A DNA stretch of 64,000 bases, from NCBI RefSeq assembly GCF_037042905.1, contig NC_087252.1, positions 25,856,001 to 25,920,000 on the forward strand, given 5' to 3'. The notes under the pieces are model-generated. The model worked only from the letters and a program-made list of their open reading frames with translations. It was not told the origin of the DNA and did no database searches. Position numbers and translations under genes: made by a program. The stretch is from Lytechinus pictus. Taxonomy: Eukaryota. Every line of letters starts with the position of its first letter. Within the stretch, counting starts at the first letter, position 1. Of the stretch, positions 1 to 12,658 are shown in pieces.

Positions 1-180
1 TTAAACATTCCTAAAATGTAAAAAAAAAAATTTCAACATTTTTGAAGATTTTTTGCATTTTACCCATTTTCTCAGTTTGGTATCGAGCGACTTCTGTCTG
101 ATTTAGACATGGCAAATCACATATGAATGCATTACTATAGGATTTTAGTTTAGAACGGATTCGCCAAAAATCGCTTCAAA

Positions 181-352
181 TTTATTACATTTGTGGGTAA
201 AGTCATCATTACATTTGTGGGCGATCGAAAATTATTACATTAGTGGGTAAAGTGTTATTACATTTGTGGGCGTTATTACATTTGTGGGTAAAGTGTTATT
301 ACATTTGTGGGCGTTATTACATTGGTGGGCGATTATTACATTTGTGAGTGTA
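181..352. repeat. Tandem array of ~19-23 bp units (TTATTACATTTGTGGG), probably a MITE fragment
   Basis: TTATTACATT(T/A)GTGGG recurs about 7 times and ends in GTGTAACA. Confidence 0.8.
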
Positions 353-686
353 ACACCCCCCCCCCGGCTTCTGCGGCCCCTGCAATATTGTGCTCACTCA
401 ACCATCAACTTACGTTATCAAAATTGTGTGTGGAGTGGCTAAATGATGTATAGTAAAACAGCATTAACACCATAAAATTCACCTAAAAACAACTTTTACC
501 CAACTTTGTATTTCCCCAATCTGAAAAACGACTCTTGTGATATTCAAAAATGGTCATTTTTACTTCAATCTTTGATTTTTTTGTTGTTGCTTAATGAGTG
601 TAGTAAATCACCTACGAAATATCATAGCTCAAAATAATTCCGTTCAAAAGTTACAACAATTTGATTTAGGGGGGGACTCACTTTTT

Positions 687-688
<2 letters not shown>
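353..688 (+). mobile_element. Terminal fragment of the TIR element family also at 33422-39529 and 59980-62538
   Basis: Matches 39190-39529 and the reverse complement of 59980-60830; ends GGGGGACTCACTTTTTTG next to a (TA)n run. Confidence 0.7.

Positions 689-738
<50 letters not shown>
689..738. repeat. (TA)n microsatellite
   Basis: Directly visible; source of the IYIY ORFs. Confidence 0.95.
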
Positions 739-739
<1 letters not shown>

Positions 740-1151
740 TTATATAAGCATCTTGGTTTTCCACGTATTGGCAATAATAATAATAAGACATCAGAAATGC
801 GAAACAAATTCACGAGTAATGCAGTTTTTGCAATGCCAACAATTAAGTTCTTTTATCCACTCTCCAAATTTTCGGTAGACATCTACCTTCTTCAGGGAAG
901 AAAGCGGCCTTAACAAAGCTTGGCTTAACGCATTCACAGTCTATAGATAATAATATCTTTCTCCTCTTTGCCATAACTTCCTTAATTCAGCTATCTTGTT
1001 TATTATGATCTCTCTGTGTAATGTGCAGCGTGCGCGGTCTCAGCTAGACACTCTTATTATTACGAAATCTTTTTATTAAATCATACTCTTTTATTATTAC
1101 GTAACTTACGTCATTAATGATCTTTTACCCAAAAGCGCGCACTATACATTC

Positions 1152-1184
<33 letters not shown>

Positions 1185-1595
1185 TATGTGATTTTTAATG
1201 CGCCAAATCCACTCGGCAGAGTGCCCAAGGCGCAGTGAAAGAAGAAAGAAAGAAAAAAATAGAAAAAATACAAATATAATAGTAATAGATTCAGGAACAA
1301 TTAAGAGTAAGAGGCATTGAATAGACAAGTCTTGAGGTAACGTTTAAATATATCGATGGACGTGCATTCACGGATTGTCAGGGGATCGTTCCAGAGAACA
1401 GGGCCCGAACCCCCCATGTCTTAACGGATTTAGGAATAACTAGGGAAACAGAGTTGGATGAACGTAGGGACCTGACTGGAGTGTATTTGCTGATTAGATT
1501 AATATTGTACTGTGGAGCAGAGCCATTTCATAACAGCATTTTGATAGTAGTGGTTACCCTAGTTCGCTGAGATCGCGCACGCTTTAAAACAACTG
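1152..1595 (-). mobile_element. L2/CR1-type LINE 3' end fragment with (TAA)n tail
   Basis: Minus-strand translation near 1320-1405 gives GPVLWN...FKRYLKTCL, typical of an L2/CR1 ORF2 C-terminus; short-repeat tail at 1152-1183. Confidence 0.6.
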
Positions 1596-1688
1596 TCATT
1601 CAAACTTGTCACAATTCACGAATCTTCCCTGAAGAAGGTAGATGTCTACCGAAAATGTGTAGAGTGAATAAAAGAATTTAATTGTTGG

Positions 1689-2503
1689 CAGTGGCGTACC
1701 TAGGATTTTCCACAGGGGGGGCAAAATCGTCCGCCAAAAAATTTGACAAGCCAAAAAAAAAAAAAAAAAAAAAGTCTTCAAGCTCGTCAGGGGAGGCAAA
1801 AAAGGTCTTCAACCTCGTCAGGGGGGGGGGGGGCAAAACAGGTTTTTCAAGCTCGTCAGGGGGGCAAAAAAGGTTTTTCAAGCTCGTCAAGGGAGGCATG
1901 TATACGTTTTTTTCATTGGTTGTGACTCGTCGGGGGGGGGGGCAGACCCGGGGGGGGGGGGGCACTCGACCAAAAAAGTGGTAGGGGTGTGCCGCGGGCG
2001 AGACAAAAAACGGGGGCCTTGGAGCGGGCTGATTGTAAAAAGGAGGGTCCTCGGAACGGGCTTCGGAACTACAAATGTTTGTGAAAACGGGGGTCCTTGG
2101 AACGGGTCGCCTGCGTGCGAGTGCGTATGCAACCCTATGGAACGTACTTGCAGCATGCTCGGTGGCACGACTGACGGGCGCACTAGCGCAGAGGCGATGG
2201 TCGGACAGCGAGCTGCGGCCGCTTTTCACCAAAATTGCGACCGGAACGGTGTAACGGAAAATATGCGAAGCCCTGGAGCGGATTTTTTTTTTCTTTTTTC
2301 TCGAGAAGAAGAAAGTGCTATGCTCTGGAGCGGCTTTCTTTGTTCTTTTTCTCAATAAGACAAAAATGCTATGCCTCGGAACGTAAATTTGAGTGTAAAA
2401 ATGGGGGTCCCCTCCGCGGCACATACCCACTATGCATTATATACTGAGTGCCCCCCCGGGGGGGCAGACTGCCTCCCCTGCCCCCCCCGTAGGTACGCTA
2501 GTG
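1689..2503. mobile_element. hAT-like non-autonomous element
   Basis: Ends CAGTGGCGTAC...GTACGCTAGTG with a perfect 8-bp TSD ATTGTTGG (1681-1688, 2504-2511). Confidence 0.85.
1947..2460. mobile_element. MITE with CCCGGGGG...CACTC termini nested in the hAT-like element
   Basis: TIRs plus 8-bp TSD GGGGCAGA (1939-1946, 2461-2468); near-identical inverted copy at 36637-37155. Confidence 0.85.
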
Positions 2504-2846
2504 ATTGTTGGCATTGCAAAAACTGCATTACTCGTGAATTTGTTTCGCATTCTGATGTCTTATATACTTATATATATATATACTTATATTTATATCTATA
2601 TAAGAATCAAATCAAACCTTTTTAGAAGCAAGATTACCAAGGCTTCAAGCTTTGGTAATCTATCATTGATGTCTTTTGATAAGCGGGGAAACAAGGGGAT
2701 CGAGTTACAGTTATGCATAGGCCGATGCATGGGTGGGCAAAGCGGCCGCGTCCCCCTACTGGCGGCGCAAAGAAAAAGGGAGGAAGAAATAGGGGGAAGG
2801 AAATGAAGCTTGATCCGTCCCTGGCCATGGTTAAAAAAAAACTTAC

Positions 2847-3194
2847 AGAATATCCTGACATCTGTAAAGTTGTGTATGAGGTACCCCTTGTAGTTTGCAA
2901 CTCTGCAGATGTATCGACCTTGCTCTTCCATACTAATTTCTTTGATGACCAAAGACCGATTCTCATTCATCTCCATTACCTCACATGGCCTTTGACGTTC
3001 ACATTTTCCGAAGACGTCATCAGATGGAATCCATGATACGAGGTTTGGTGCATTTCTTGGGTCGTCACCTTTCTTCCAGTAGACAGCCAATGGTGAACCT
3101 CTAAACCGACATGTCAAGACTGCACTGTCTCCTATTCTTACATCTTTGTGTAACTCAGTATAGACAACATCATCAGGAACATCACCTTGTATCC
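2847..3194 (-). CDS. Immunoglobulin V-type domain exon (gene A), phase 1-1
   Basis: Acceptor tcattcag|GG and donor T|GTAAGT; 348 nt open. Encodes GIQGDVPDD...AVLTCRF...VYWKKG...SLVIKEISMEEQGRYICRV...VRIF, with the B-strand Cys, C-strand Trp and an EQGRYIC variant of the DxGxYxC motif. Confidence 0.92.
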
Positions 3195-3688
3195 CTGAAT
3201 GACACAAATAATGTTATTCACAACAATAGAACACACACGTATTTGAAATATTCAGAGTCTTGTCCGATTTCATTCTATTCATCAAAGCATACATAAATAT
3301 TTCATAATTCTATAAATATTTTTTATTAGAAGGTTGAAATAAAAAAATATAGGGAACTTATTTCAGTTATATCTGAAGTGTTGAAATTGAAATACCAAAT
3401 ACGAAATACAAAAGTGTCATTTCCCAAACACTGACCCAATTTACTTTCCAGTTGATATTTCATTCCAAATTTCCACAATGTCAAGTAATTTCAATGCTAT
3501 ACTTTAATTTCCTTTAATTATCTGTGTTATTGTTTGACATTTTCATCAGGCTTTTAAATAAATGGTAATTCGGCCGAAGCCACAATGATTTACCATATCA
3601 AAATACTATACAATAGTAGCTGCTAATAGGATTTATGGAATGAGGACATTCAAATCATTTTGGAAAATCCAGATCTTGGTTAGTATAT

Positions 3689-4473
3689 GAAGAGCTCACT
3701 TGCAAAAGGGGTTAGGTCCATTTTTCATCAAATTTGATTTTATGTCTCAATGTATAAGACAAGTTGAAATTCCTAATAAAATGTGAACTAAAATGGCAAA
3801 GAAAAATCACTTTTTTCATAAGAGGTTAGATCCATTTCAATTTAGTTGCAAAAGGGGTTAGGTCCACACAGAATTCTTTTGGAAAAGAATATCTTTAAAA
3901 ATATGATTTTTCTTATGCCCAATTACTGTACTTATGGTAGGGTATCATGAAAATTCAGTTTCGCATAATAATATTGCAATATGGGAGATTTAAAAAAAAT
4001 TATTTTCTTGGAGTGGACCTAACCCCTTTTGCAACTAAACTCTTCTGAAGAACTCATTTTTCAAAAGGGGTTAGGTCCATTTTTTCTAAATTTTATTGTT
4101 TTCTGTCTCTAAGCCTCTAAATTTTGGTCACTCTGATGATACCAAAGAAAATTTGAAATTCAAATGAAAACGTGAATGAAAGTGGCAAAGAAAAATCACC
4201 TTTTTTTATAAAAAAGAGACTGGATTCATTTCAGTTTACTTGCAAAAGGGGTTAGGTCCACAATGATAGTTTTTAATAAAATATATAGAAAAAAAATTTA
4301 AGACAGGTAGATTTCTTTACTACTCAATTATATGTTCACATGATAGAGTAGTACATGCACATCATGGCAATTTAGTTTCTCATAAGAATATTGCAATAAG
4401 TGAGAATAAAAATATACGGTTTTTCTCGGAATGGTTAAAAGTGGACCTAACCCCTTTTGCAACTAAACTCTTT
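3689..4473. mobile_element. Dimeric non-autonomous DNA element with GAAGAG...CTCTT ends (possibly Sola-like)
   Basis: Internal AAAAGGGGTTAGGTCCA repeats in both orientations, ATAT on both flanks, two fused units (junction ~4047); second copy at 63339-64000. Confidence 0.65.
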
Positions 4474-5109
4474 ATATGTTAATCATGGGCGGAAATCCCA
4501 GGGGGGACAGGGGGGACGTGTCCCCCCTACTCAAAATAGTAGGGGGGACACAATATCAAATGTCCCCCCTACTATTTTTTGTCTTTTATGATGGTAAGAA
4601 ATTTATCATTCTAAATCGAAATAAAACATGTATTTTGGGACGAGTTGGGACGAGATGACCGTACTTTTGGGATGATAACCTTTTTTTTTTTGCTTGTGAA
4701 ATGTTCCCTCCCCTTGTCCCCATATAGGCGGATCCAGGGGGCCGAGGCCCCCCCCCCCCCCCCCCTCTATTGGCGGAGCAAAAAAAAGAAAAAAAGGGAA
4801 AGAAAGAAGGAAAAAGGAAAAAAGGAGGGAAAAGAGAGGAGAAAAAGAAAAGAAGGACGACGAGTGCATAAAATAAGATGAGGGGAAGACTTGGAAAATA
4901 AAAATAATCTTTCGTGCCACTATATAAAATTTTCGCTCGCGCTTCGCGCTCGCATTGCCTGTTAGGTGATTTACATATCTTGTTCAATATGGAGCTCAAA
5001 TATCAAGTTTGGAAGTCAATATACAAAACATATTTCACCTCGGAAATCGAACTTTCATTATTTTGTGTGATTTACAAATTGATTTTTAAAAAGTGCTCTT
5101 TAAAAATGT

Positions 5110-8100
5110 CAAATTCAAATTCAAATTCAAATTCAAATTCATTTATTTCACTTCCATCAAACAAAAACAAATTGTATACCATATATAAAACATAAATATT
5201 TGTATCCGTTGCAAACAAAATTAATTATACATATGTAGTGAAAAAAAAAAAAAAAAAAACACTTAGACGATTTGGGCAACACATTGTAGGTTTTAAATAT
5301 ATATACTATTTTTCAATATAAATTAAATTAAGATGGAAATGGAGGGACCCACTAAAAAGCAATGCTTGTACAATGTGGGCCCCTCAAGAAATAGATAACA
5401 CAACAAATAACAAAATGACAAAGTATAAATACAGATAATCAAATGAGAAAAGAATGAATAAATAAGAGGGAAATACTCACAAAATAAATACAAAGTAATA
5501 AAAAATATACAGTTTGGTGAAGGACAAAACAACCCGTCCTAAAAATATCTACCCTTCCCACCCCCCCCCCCAGAAAAACTTGAGAAGAAAAAAAAAAAAA
5601 AAGGGAAAAAGGGGGAGAATGCCCTGAGAAGATGGATGGGTGCTGCTGTACGTAGATAGAACACATGCCGTCGTGGACTCAAGCAAACTGGATTCAATGA
5701 TGTGTATAAGAGGAGAAAAAATATATAAAATAACCTGGAAAGAATATAATGCACGAAAAATGTGATTGATGCCGTTAAACAAATAACCGGTAGGAAGGCG
5801 GATAAGCGGACTGGAGAGGAGAAAATAGAGGAGAGGATAGACACAATAATGAGCACATCTGAGAAGGACTTGTGTCAGATTTTTTTAATAAAAAAAGGAT
5901 AATAATTTTATGTTTTAATTTTAGTTTAAAGTAATAATGATGATGACTTGACATAATAATGATGATGACTTGACAGAAATGATGAATTAAAATTAATTTG
6001 GGAGTATATTATAAGGTTTTAATAGAGATAATTTGAATTTAGTCTTAAAAGAGTTCAAAGATTTTGCATTTGTTATATCATTATGAAGTGAGTTCCATAA
6101 CTTCGGTCCATCGTATATAAATGTGTTCTGAGCCCGCAAAGTTCTTAAAAGTGGTAAATGAAATTCACCCAATCGCCTTGTTGGATAGTTGTGAATGGAT
6201 TGATTTTTTGGAAACATTGAATTGAATACATTTGGGAGGTTGTTGTTGTTATAGTTATACATAAATTGACCGAGATTAAACAAATATAAGTCCTTAATTT
6301 TCAATATTCTATGTTAAAAAAATAATGGGTCAGTATGAGACAAATATGCCGTGTGACATATAATACGTAGAGACTTCTTTTGTAATAGGAGTAATTTGTC
6401 TAAGAGTGTTTGTTGTGTGTTACCCCACGCTAAAATTCCATAATTTAAATAAGGCAATATAAGGGATGAATATAATGTAAGCAGGGACGATAATGGTAAA
6501 CACAATTTAAGCTTGTTAATTATACCAATGTTGCGTGAAATAGTTTTACATATGTTATCTATGTGAAATTTCCATGAGAGCTTATTATCGACTGTTATTC
6601 CAAGAAACTTAATATGGGATACATTTTCCAAGGGAGTTCCATCCAAAATAATATCAACAGGAAGTGTATTTATGGAGTTGCTAAACAACATGTATTTTGT
6701 TTTTTGAAGATTTAGTGACAATTTATTTGCTCTTATCCATTCGGTAACATTTTCTAGTTCAGAGTTGATTATATTAGCAAGGTGAAGAGGATTTTTATGT
6801 GAAAAAAATAAGTTAGAGTCGTCCGCAAAGAGAATGAAAGAAAGAACGTCTGATGATCTACAAAAATCATTAATATAAACTATAAACAAAATCGGGCCTA
6901 AGATACTACCCTGGGGAACTCCACAATTATTTTTTTTCATTTGAGAATTGCAACCGTTTAAAAAGACATATTGCTTCCTATTCAAGAGGTAGCTCCTGAA
7001 CCACTCCAAGGCCTTCCCACGCACTCCATAATGATGTAATTTGTTAAGTAAAATATCATGATTAATGGTGTCGAAGGCCTTGGAGAAGTCCAGGAACAAA
7101 CCAATTAAATGAGAAGATTTATCGATTGAATGTGCCGCTTTTTCAATGAAACTCAATAAAGCATGTGTGGTGCTATGCTTTTCCCTAAATCCAAATTGGG
7201 AATTTGAAAGAATATTATTTGATTTGAAAAAATTTACAGTTCTTTTATAAATAATCTTTTCAAGTATTTTCGACAATGTAGATAACAAAGAAATAGGGCG
7301 ATAATTATTAACATCTAATTTATCACCCTTTTTAAACAAGGGAATGACTTTTGCAATTTTCATGCTCTCGGGGACAATGCCGTTAAGAAGTGACAGATTG
7401 AAAATATGAGTTAGGGGATCCGCAATTGACGATATTACCCCCTTAAGAAGAAAATTATTGATGTCATCATGTCCTGTACTTTTTTTAGAACTAAAATCAG
7501 AGACAATATTAATTATCTCCTGATTATAAGTTGGAGCGAGAAACATTGAACTAGAATTTGGTGGGCCTAAAAATTCAGAAAAGTGTTTTGTTGCGGGAGG
7601 AATATTACTTGCAAGATTTTCCCCAATTGAAGAAAAATGATTATTCAGGATACTACAAATTTGGTGGGAATCTTCAAAAATAACATCGCCAGATCTAATT
7701 TTTGTAATATTAGATTTGTTATTTGATATATTCATTGCTTGTTTTAAAACTTTCCAAGTATTTTGCATATCACGCTTGTAAAGTTGTAACTGGTTAGTAA
7801 AATATCTTTTCTTTTCTAAACGTATAATTTTTGTCAATGTATTTTTGTAAGAAGTATATTTAAGTTTGGATTGCTCAGAGCGTTTCATTTTATGTTTATA
7901 ATACAAATTATTCTTCCTATTTATCGAACGCAAGAGCGATTTGGAAATCCATGGGAGCTTCGGTGATTTTTTGTAGTTAGATGTCTTATCTCTAAGTTTT
8001 GGAATATGAGTGTCAAAGTGTAAATTAAAAATGTTCATAAAATTTTCAAAGGACAAGTTTACGTCATTATTATCAAAGACACAAGACCAATCAACATCGT

Positions 8101-8672
8101 CTAAACTAGCACCCAGACGAGCTATATTTTCGTGTGTTATTCTTCGTTTTAATGGACGGCTATATATGTTATTGAATCTGTCTTTTAAAGAGAAATTAGT
8201 CGAGACAGGGAAGTGATCAGTGATATCAGAGAGTAATATGAAGGAATCGGGTGGGGGAAGAACGTTACAGAAAATATTATCAATAAGAGAAGCGGATTCA
8301 TTGACTATGCGTGTGGGTTTAGATATTAAAGGTAAGTAAGAAGCGGATAAAAATGTTTCCAAAAAATCTTGTGTGACATTATTTTGTTTTAATAAATCAA
8401 TATTAAAATCGCCCATTATAAAGCAATTTTTATTATCAAAAATTGGATTTTTAACTAAGTCTGAGAGATGATCTAAAAATGATTTAATATTCGAACTCGG
8501 AGGCCTGTATATAACACCTATGATAATGTTTTTGCTGTTAGGGATAGTAATTTCAATAAAAAGAGATTCAATTGTATCAGTCATGCTGTTAAGTTCGTCT
8601 CGAACTACATAATCATAGGATTGTGAAACATATAACGCAACGCCCCCACCCATCCTATTTTGTCTGTTGTTA
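5110..8672 (-). mobile_element. CR1/L2-group LINE, 5'-truncated
   Basis: APE-RT ORF2, 3' UTR and (TTTGAA)n tail at ~5110-5140. Confidence 0.9.
5993..8653 (-). pseudogene. LINE ORF2 (APE endonuclease + reverse transcriptase) with one in-frame stop
   Basis: Motifs GGGVALYV, GDFNID, IDNIF, SDITDHFP, NYRPISLL, DFSKAFD, GVPQGSILGP, FADDS. ORFs 6314-8653 and 5993-6304 are in the same frame, separated only by TAA at 6314-6316. Confidence 0.93.
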
Positions 8673-8892
8673 GTTTTATGGTCTGAATAATTTTATCAAC
8701 ATTTGCTGCTTGCGCTGCGTGCTCGCAAATTTTGATTTACCAGGTACCTATTATTTTCGTGTATTCCATAAAGTTTTCAAAATATCCCTTTTCAGGTCTG
8801 ATTGTCAAGACGTATCAGCTAGCGCTGCACGCTGGCATTTTGATTGGCGAGTTATGTATGTTTAAATATTGATTATACAACAAACTACTTAA

Positions 8893-9495
8893 AGGACAAG
8901 TCCACCCCAACAAAAACTTGATTTGAATAAAAAGAGAAAAATTCAAGAAGCATAACGCTGAAAATTTCATCAAAATCGGATGTAAAATAAGAAAGTTATG
9001 ACATTTTAAAATTTCGCTTCATTTCACAAAACAGTTATATGCACATCCAGGTCGGTATGCAAATGAGGGAACTGATGACATCACTCACTCACTATTTCTT
9101 TTGTATTTTATTATATGAAATATGAAATATTTGGATTTTCTCGTCATTGTCATGTGAAATGAAGTTTCATTCCTCCCTGAACACATGGAATTCCATTAAT
9201 TTAACATTTTGTAGTTCAGGCAAGGAGGTCATAATTGTCAAATTCGTAAAAATTGAAATATTGTATAATTCAAACAATAAAAAACAAAAGAAATAGTGAG
9301 TGAGTGACATCATCGACTCTCTCATTTGGATGTAACTGACTCGTTCATATAACTATTTTGTGAAAAATAAGCGAAACTTTGAAATGTCATAACTTTCTTA
9401 TTTTACACCCGATTTTGATGAAATTTTCAGCTTTATGCTTGTTTGATTTTTCTCTTTTTATTCAAATCAAGTTTTTGTTGGGGTGGACTTGTCCT
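8893..9495. mobile_element. Kolobok-like non-autonomous element (TTAA TSD, AG...CT ends)
   Basis: ttaa|AGGACAAGTCCACCCC...GGGGTGGACTTGTCCT|ttaa with long TIRs; relatives at ~15075-15656 and 46637-47509. Confidence 0.8.
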
Positions 9496-11406
9496 TTAAA
9501 ATCCCCTTTTCATGACAGTTTATCAAAAATTTTAGCTCGCGATTTGCGCTCGCATTAATGGTTAAAAATATATTAACTGATACATCCTATTCATAATTAC
9601 AAAATGAAATGTCCAGTTTTTATGCCATAATTTCATCAGATTTCGCGCCCTCATTAGGCATTAATAAATATGATATTAAAATTAAATTGTCCCTTTAGTT
9701 TCATCTCGCGCTTAGCAAGAGGAATAGGAAGATAGTCATCATTTTCATGACATGTCGTAAGGATGTCCCAGTCCTATGTCAAAACTCAAAGTAATAATAA
9801 TTAAAATTTTAGCTCTTTTTTTAAGTGCGATCCATATCCATCTTACAATTTTCATGCAAAGTGCTTGAAATATAAAGCTGTAATCGACTTTTTTTCAGAT
9901 CGGAATATCAAAGTTTCATGATTTTCATGATTAAAGATGTATTTAGAATGCCTAGATTCTAGGTCTAAATATGAAACACTCGCGCGCATGTTTATTCAAA
10001 TACTCAACTTGTTCTCTATTTAAATCATTATCCAGTTTCAGACCAAAATATCAACATTTTTCTGCTCGCGCTTTGTGCTCGCATTATTAATGTAGGAAGA
10101 CCCCCTATTACTCATCCTATTCATGATTTACAAAACATTGATTTTGATTGATTGATTTTAGTTAAACACGGTAAAAAGCCCTCGATCAGCCTATGGCTGT
10201 TTACAAAACATGAACAGAGTGGCCCATTTTTAGGTCTAAATCTCGAAAAAAATTCTGCTCGCGCTTCGCGCTCGCATCAATTGTTGAATTATATAGCTAT
10301 TCTGTTCACGATTACAAAAGTTGATTAAAATTGTCCATTCTTTCTTTAGAAATTTTCAAAGATTTTCAGCTCGCGCTTTGCGCTCGCATTTTTTGATTGT
10401 TGAAATATTTAATGCCTTCATGGCTAAGTGCAAGCAGTCCTTAACAGGTACCTTTTCAACAGGTACCAGTTCAAAACGTATATAAAAATTTCTGCTCGCG
10501 CTTTGCGCTCGCATTATCATCAATACTCATCCTTTTCATGATTTACAAAACATAAATAGAGTGTCTCGTTCAGTAAATATTATAGGACTAAATCTCGAAA
10601 TTACCTATTCTGCTTGAGTTACAAAAAGTGCTTAGAATTTCCATTCTTTAGGTGAAAATGTCAAAAAAAATTGTTAAAAGCTAACTGCACGCAGTCTTTA
10701 ACATGTATCTTTTCCATCAGTTCATTTCTACTCGCGCTTTGCGTTCGTAGTAATTATTAAGTTGCATACACATTTTTTTCAGGATAACAAACATTGCCCA
10801 GAATGTTCAAATTTTAGGAAAAAATACATAAAATTTCCTAAAAATTAGCTCGCGCTCGCATCATATAAATAAGGATTATGATATTATATATGAATTTATA
10901 AGAATAAAGCTAAGAAGTGACTAATGAGGACTACCCCTTTACAGAAACAAACACAAATCATCTTCGAGCTGCCGATCGGGGAAAAAATGGCTGAAACAAA
11001 TTTCCGCCCCCCTCCCTATTGGCGAAGGCTGGATCCGCCCCTGTGCCCCCCCTACCTTTTGGGAGAGATTTCCGCCCCTGATGTTAATACCACAATCTAA
11101 TGCCCATGCCAAATTATCAGTGACACTCGATTAAGCTTGTGTGCACATTTCATAGAATTGGTTCTCATTTCAAAAACTTAACCTTCAAAATATGTGTGGT
11201 TGACAACGCTGCTGCCCTCCGAGAAGTGGCAACTTGTCTCACTTCTGCTATGCAGGCGAGACAACAGTTTTCTTACCCTTGATACAGTAGAAAGCATGAA
11301 TATAACCATTATCAAACACTATTAAAGAAACTTTTTAATATATGCATAATCATACACTACTAAAGTACATTTTTTTCATAGCTTGTCCAAAACCTTTACT
11401 ACCTAC

Positions 11407-11482
11407 CTGTAAAGAACACAAAGGAGCAAACGTTCAAAACATATAATATCCTGAGAACCAGTTTTCTTTTTGGAACCGCCAT
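11407..11482 (-). CDS. Signal-peptide exon, copy 1 (gene A)
   Basis: AAGATGGCG start; MAVPKRKLVLRILYVLNVCSFVFFT-G; donor G|GTAGGT in phase 1. Joins the Ig exon to give ...FVFFTGIQG/DVPDD. Confidence 0.8.
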
Positions 11483-11569
11483 CTTCAGCTACGCCCCATG
11501 GTGTGTCGTGTAACAGACATGTATCTACAGTATAAAGCTGCATTTCAGTTGCAACAGTGCATGAATACA

Positions 11570-11690
11570 CATATATCAATGTTTACATTATGATTAATGA
11601 GATATGCCACATATCTACAACCATAAATCTATTTTAATTGCAGATTTCAAACGAACTTTGATAAAGTTAATGATTGCCTGTTTGACACGT
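11570..11690 (-). promoter_or_regulatory. Conserved upstream block of leader copy 1
   Basis: TGTTTAC and AACTTTGATAAAGTTAATGATT...TGTTTG are shared with the copies at ~20730-20825 and ~26980-27090. Confidence 0.45.
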
Positions 11691-11701
11691 CACCAGATAT
11701 A

Positions 11702-12658
11702 CAGTGCGTACAAAAAGAGTTCACACCTAGAAATCATCCTGTAAAATTATATATTTGAAACATTCTGAAGTTTTTTCCACATTTAAACATTGGTACAGAT
11801 ATCTTTAAGCAAATGTTGATAAATTAACTGTCAAAACAAATTCCGCTTGAGTGGGCATCACTTGCTTTTGAAAAGTTTGTGAAAAATGTGCTTTGCACAG
11901 AACTCAGAAAAATAAATAAAAGTAGATTGCTCATCATGAACACATGGAATCTAGCTACGAAGATTGATAAGATATATTTTACAATTTCTTTGCCCAAAAC
12001 ACTTCATAGATCGCCATTGCACCCCCATCCCCCCACCCCCCCCCCCCCCATCAAGGCCATCGTGATGATATGTGCTATAAAATGAGCATGTCATTGTCTA
12101 GGCATGATTTTCCATCTGTTAATCCTAATCAAGCTGGGGTAAAGTGTGGAGAAACAAGTATTAAATGAAATATGAAATGTAAACCCACTTCAAATGAGGA
12201 AAACTTTATGAAGAAATGCTGGAGATGTCTGAAACATTCAGTTATGTTCTCAGATGAAGCTGGCACAAAGAAGGGTAAATGTTGAACTTGCCGAGGGTTA
12301 AAATGTTAATTTTGGTGGCAAAGTTGTTTAAAAAGGTTAAAATGTATCTATTTTATTTCAACAGGCTAGCAATATAAAAGAAATGTATCGCACGGTCAGT
12401 TTGTTTTCGCATTTTTCCTTGACTCATCGTAAAAATGAGCATTTCTGCACAAACCAATTTCTCACGTGTGAAATTTACAAAAAATGGAGTGCTCACTCAA
12501 GTGTAACATTCTGTCAAAATTTTTACTTTCATTCAATAGTTGACACCCATACCCAAGAATATAATTATGTGGAAAAAAATTACCCCCATGTTGTTTATTT
12601 TTCTATTCCCAGGACTTTTTCATAGTGTATAAACTTTTGTATTGATACATACGCACTG
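11702..12658. mobile_element. Tc1/mariner-like non-autonomous element
   Basis: TA|CAGTGCGTA...TACGCACTG|TA; absent from the paralogous cassettes; partial copy at ~44700-45008. Confidence 0.7.

Larger units (their letters stand above)
4484..11080. mobile_element. hAT-like element expanded to 6.6 kb by nested insertions
   Basis: CATGGGCGGAAATC...GATTTCCGCCCCTG with a perfect 8-bp TSD ATGTTAAT (4476-4483, 11081-11088). Contains a second TIR pair (~4723-11043), a LINE and a TTAA element. Confidence 0.85.

Noticed and set aside
594..913. ORFs rich in IYIY (also 40431-40731 and 54463-54720)
   Set aside because: Translations of (TA)n microsatellites.
1678..2430. 250-aa ORF and overlapping ORFs, repeated at 36655-37305
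   Set aside because: They lie within TSD-bounded GC-rich MITEs, with no recognisable domain and homopolymer-derived sequence.
2596..2846. C-terminal extension of the 203-aa Ig ORF
   Set aside because: Read-through past a consensus GTAAGT donor into intron and repeat sequence.
3195..3300. RAG-type recombination signals near the V exon
   Set aside because: I saw no heptamer/nonamer pair or J-like segments; the exon encodes a complete domain with ordinary splice sites.
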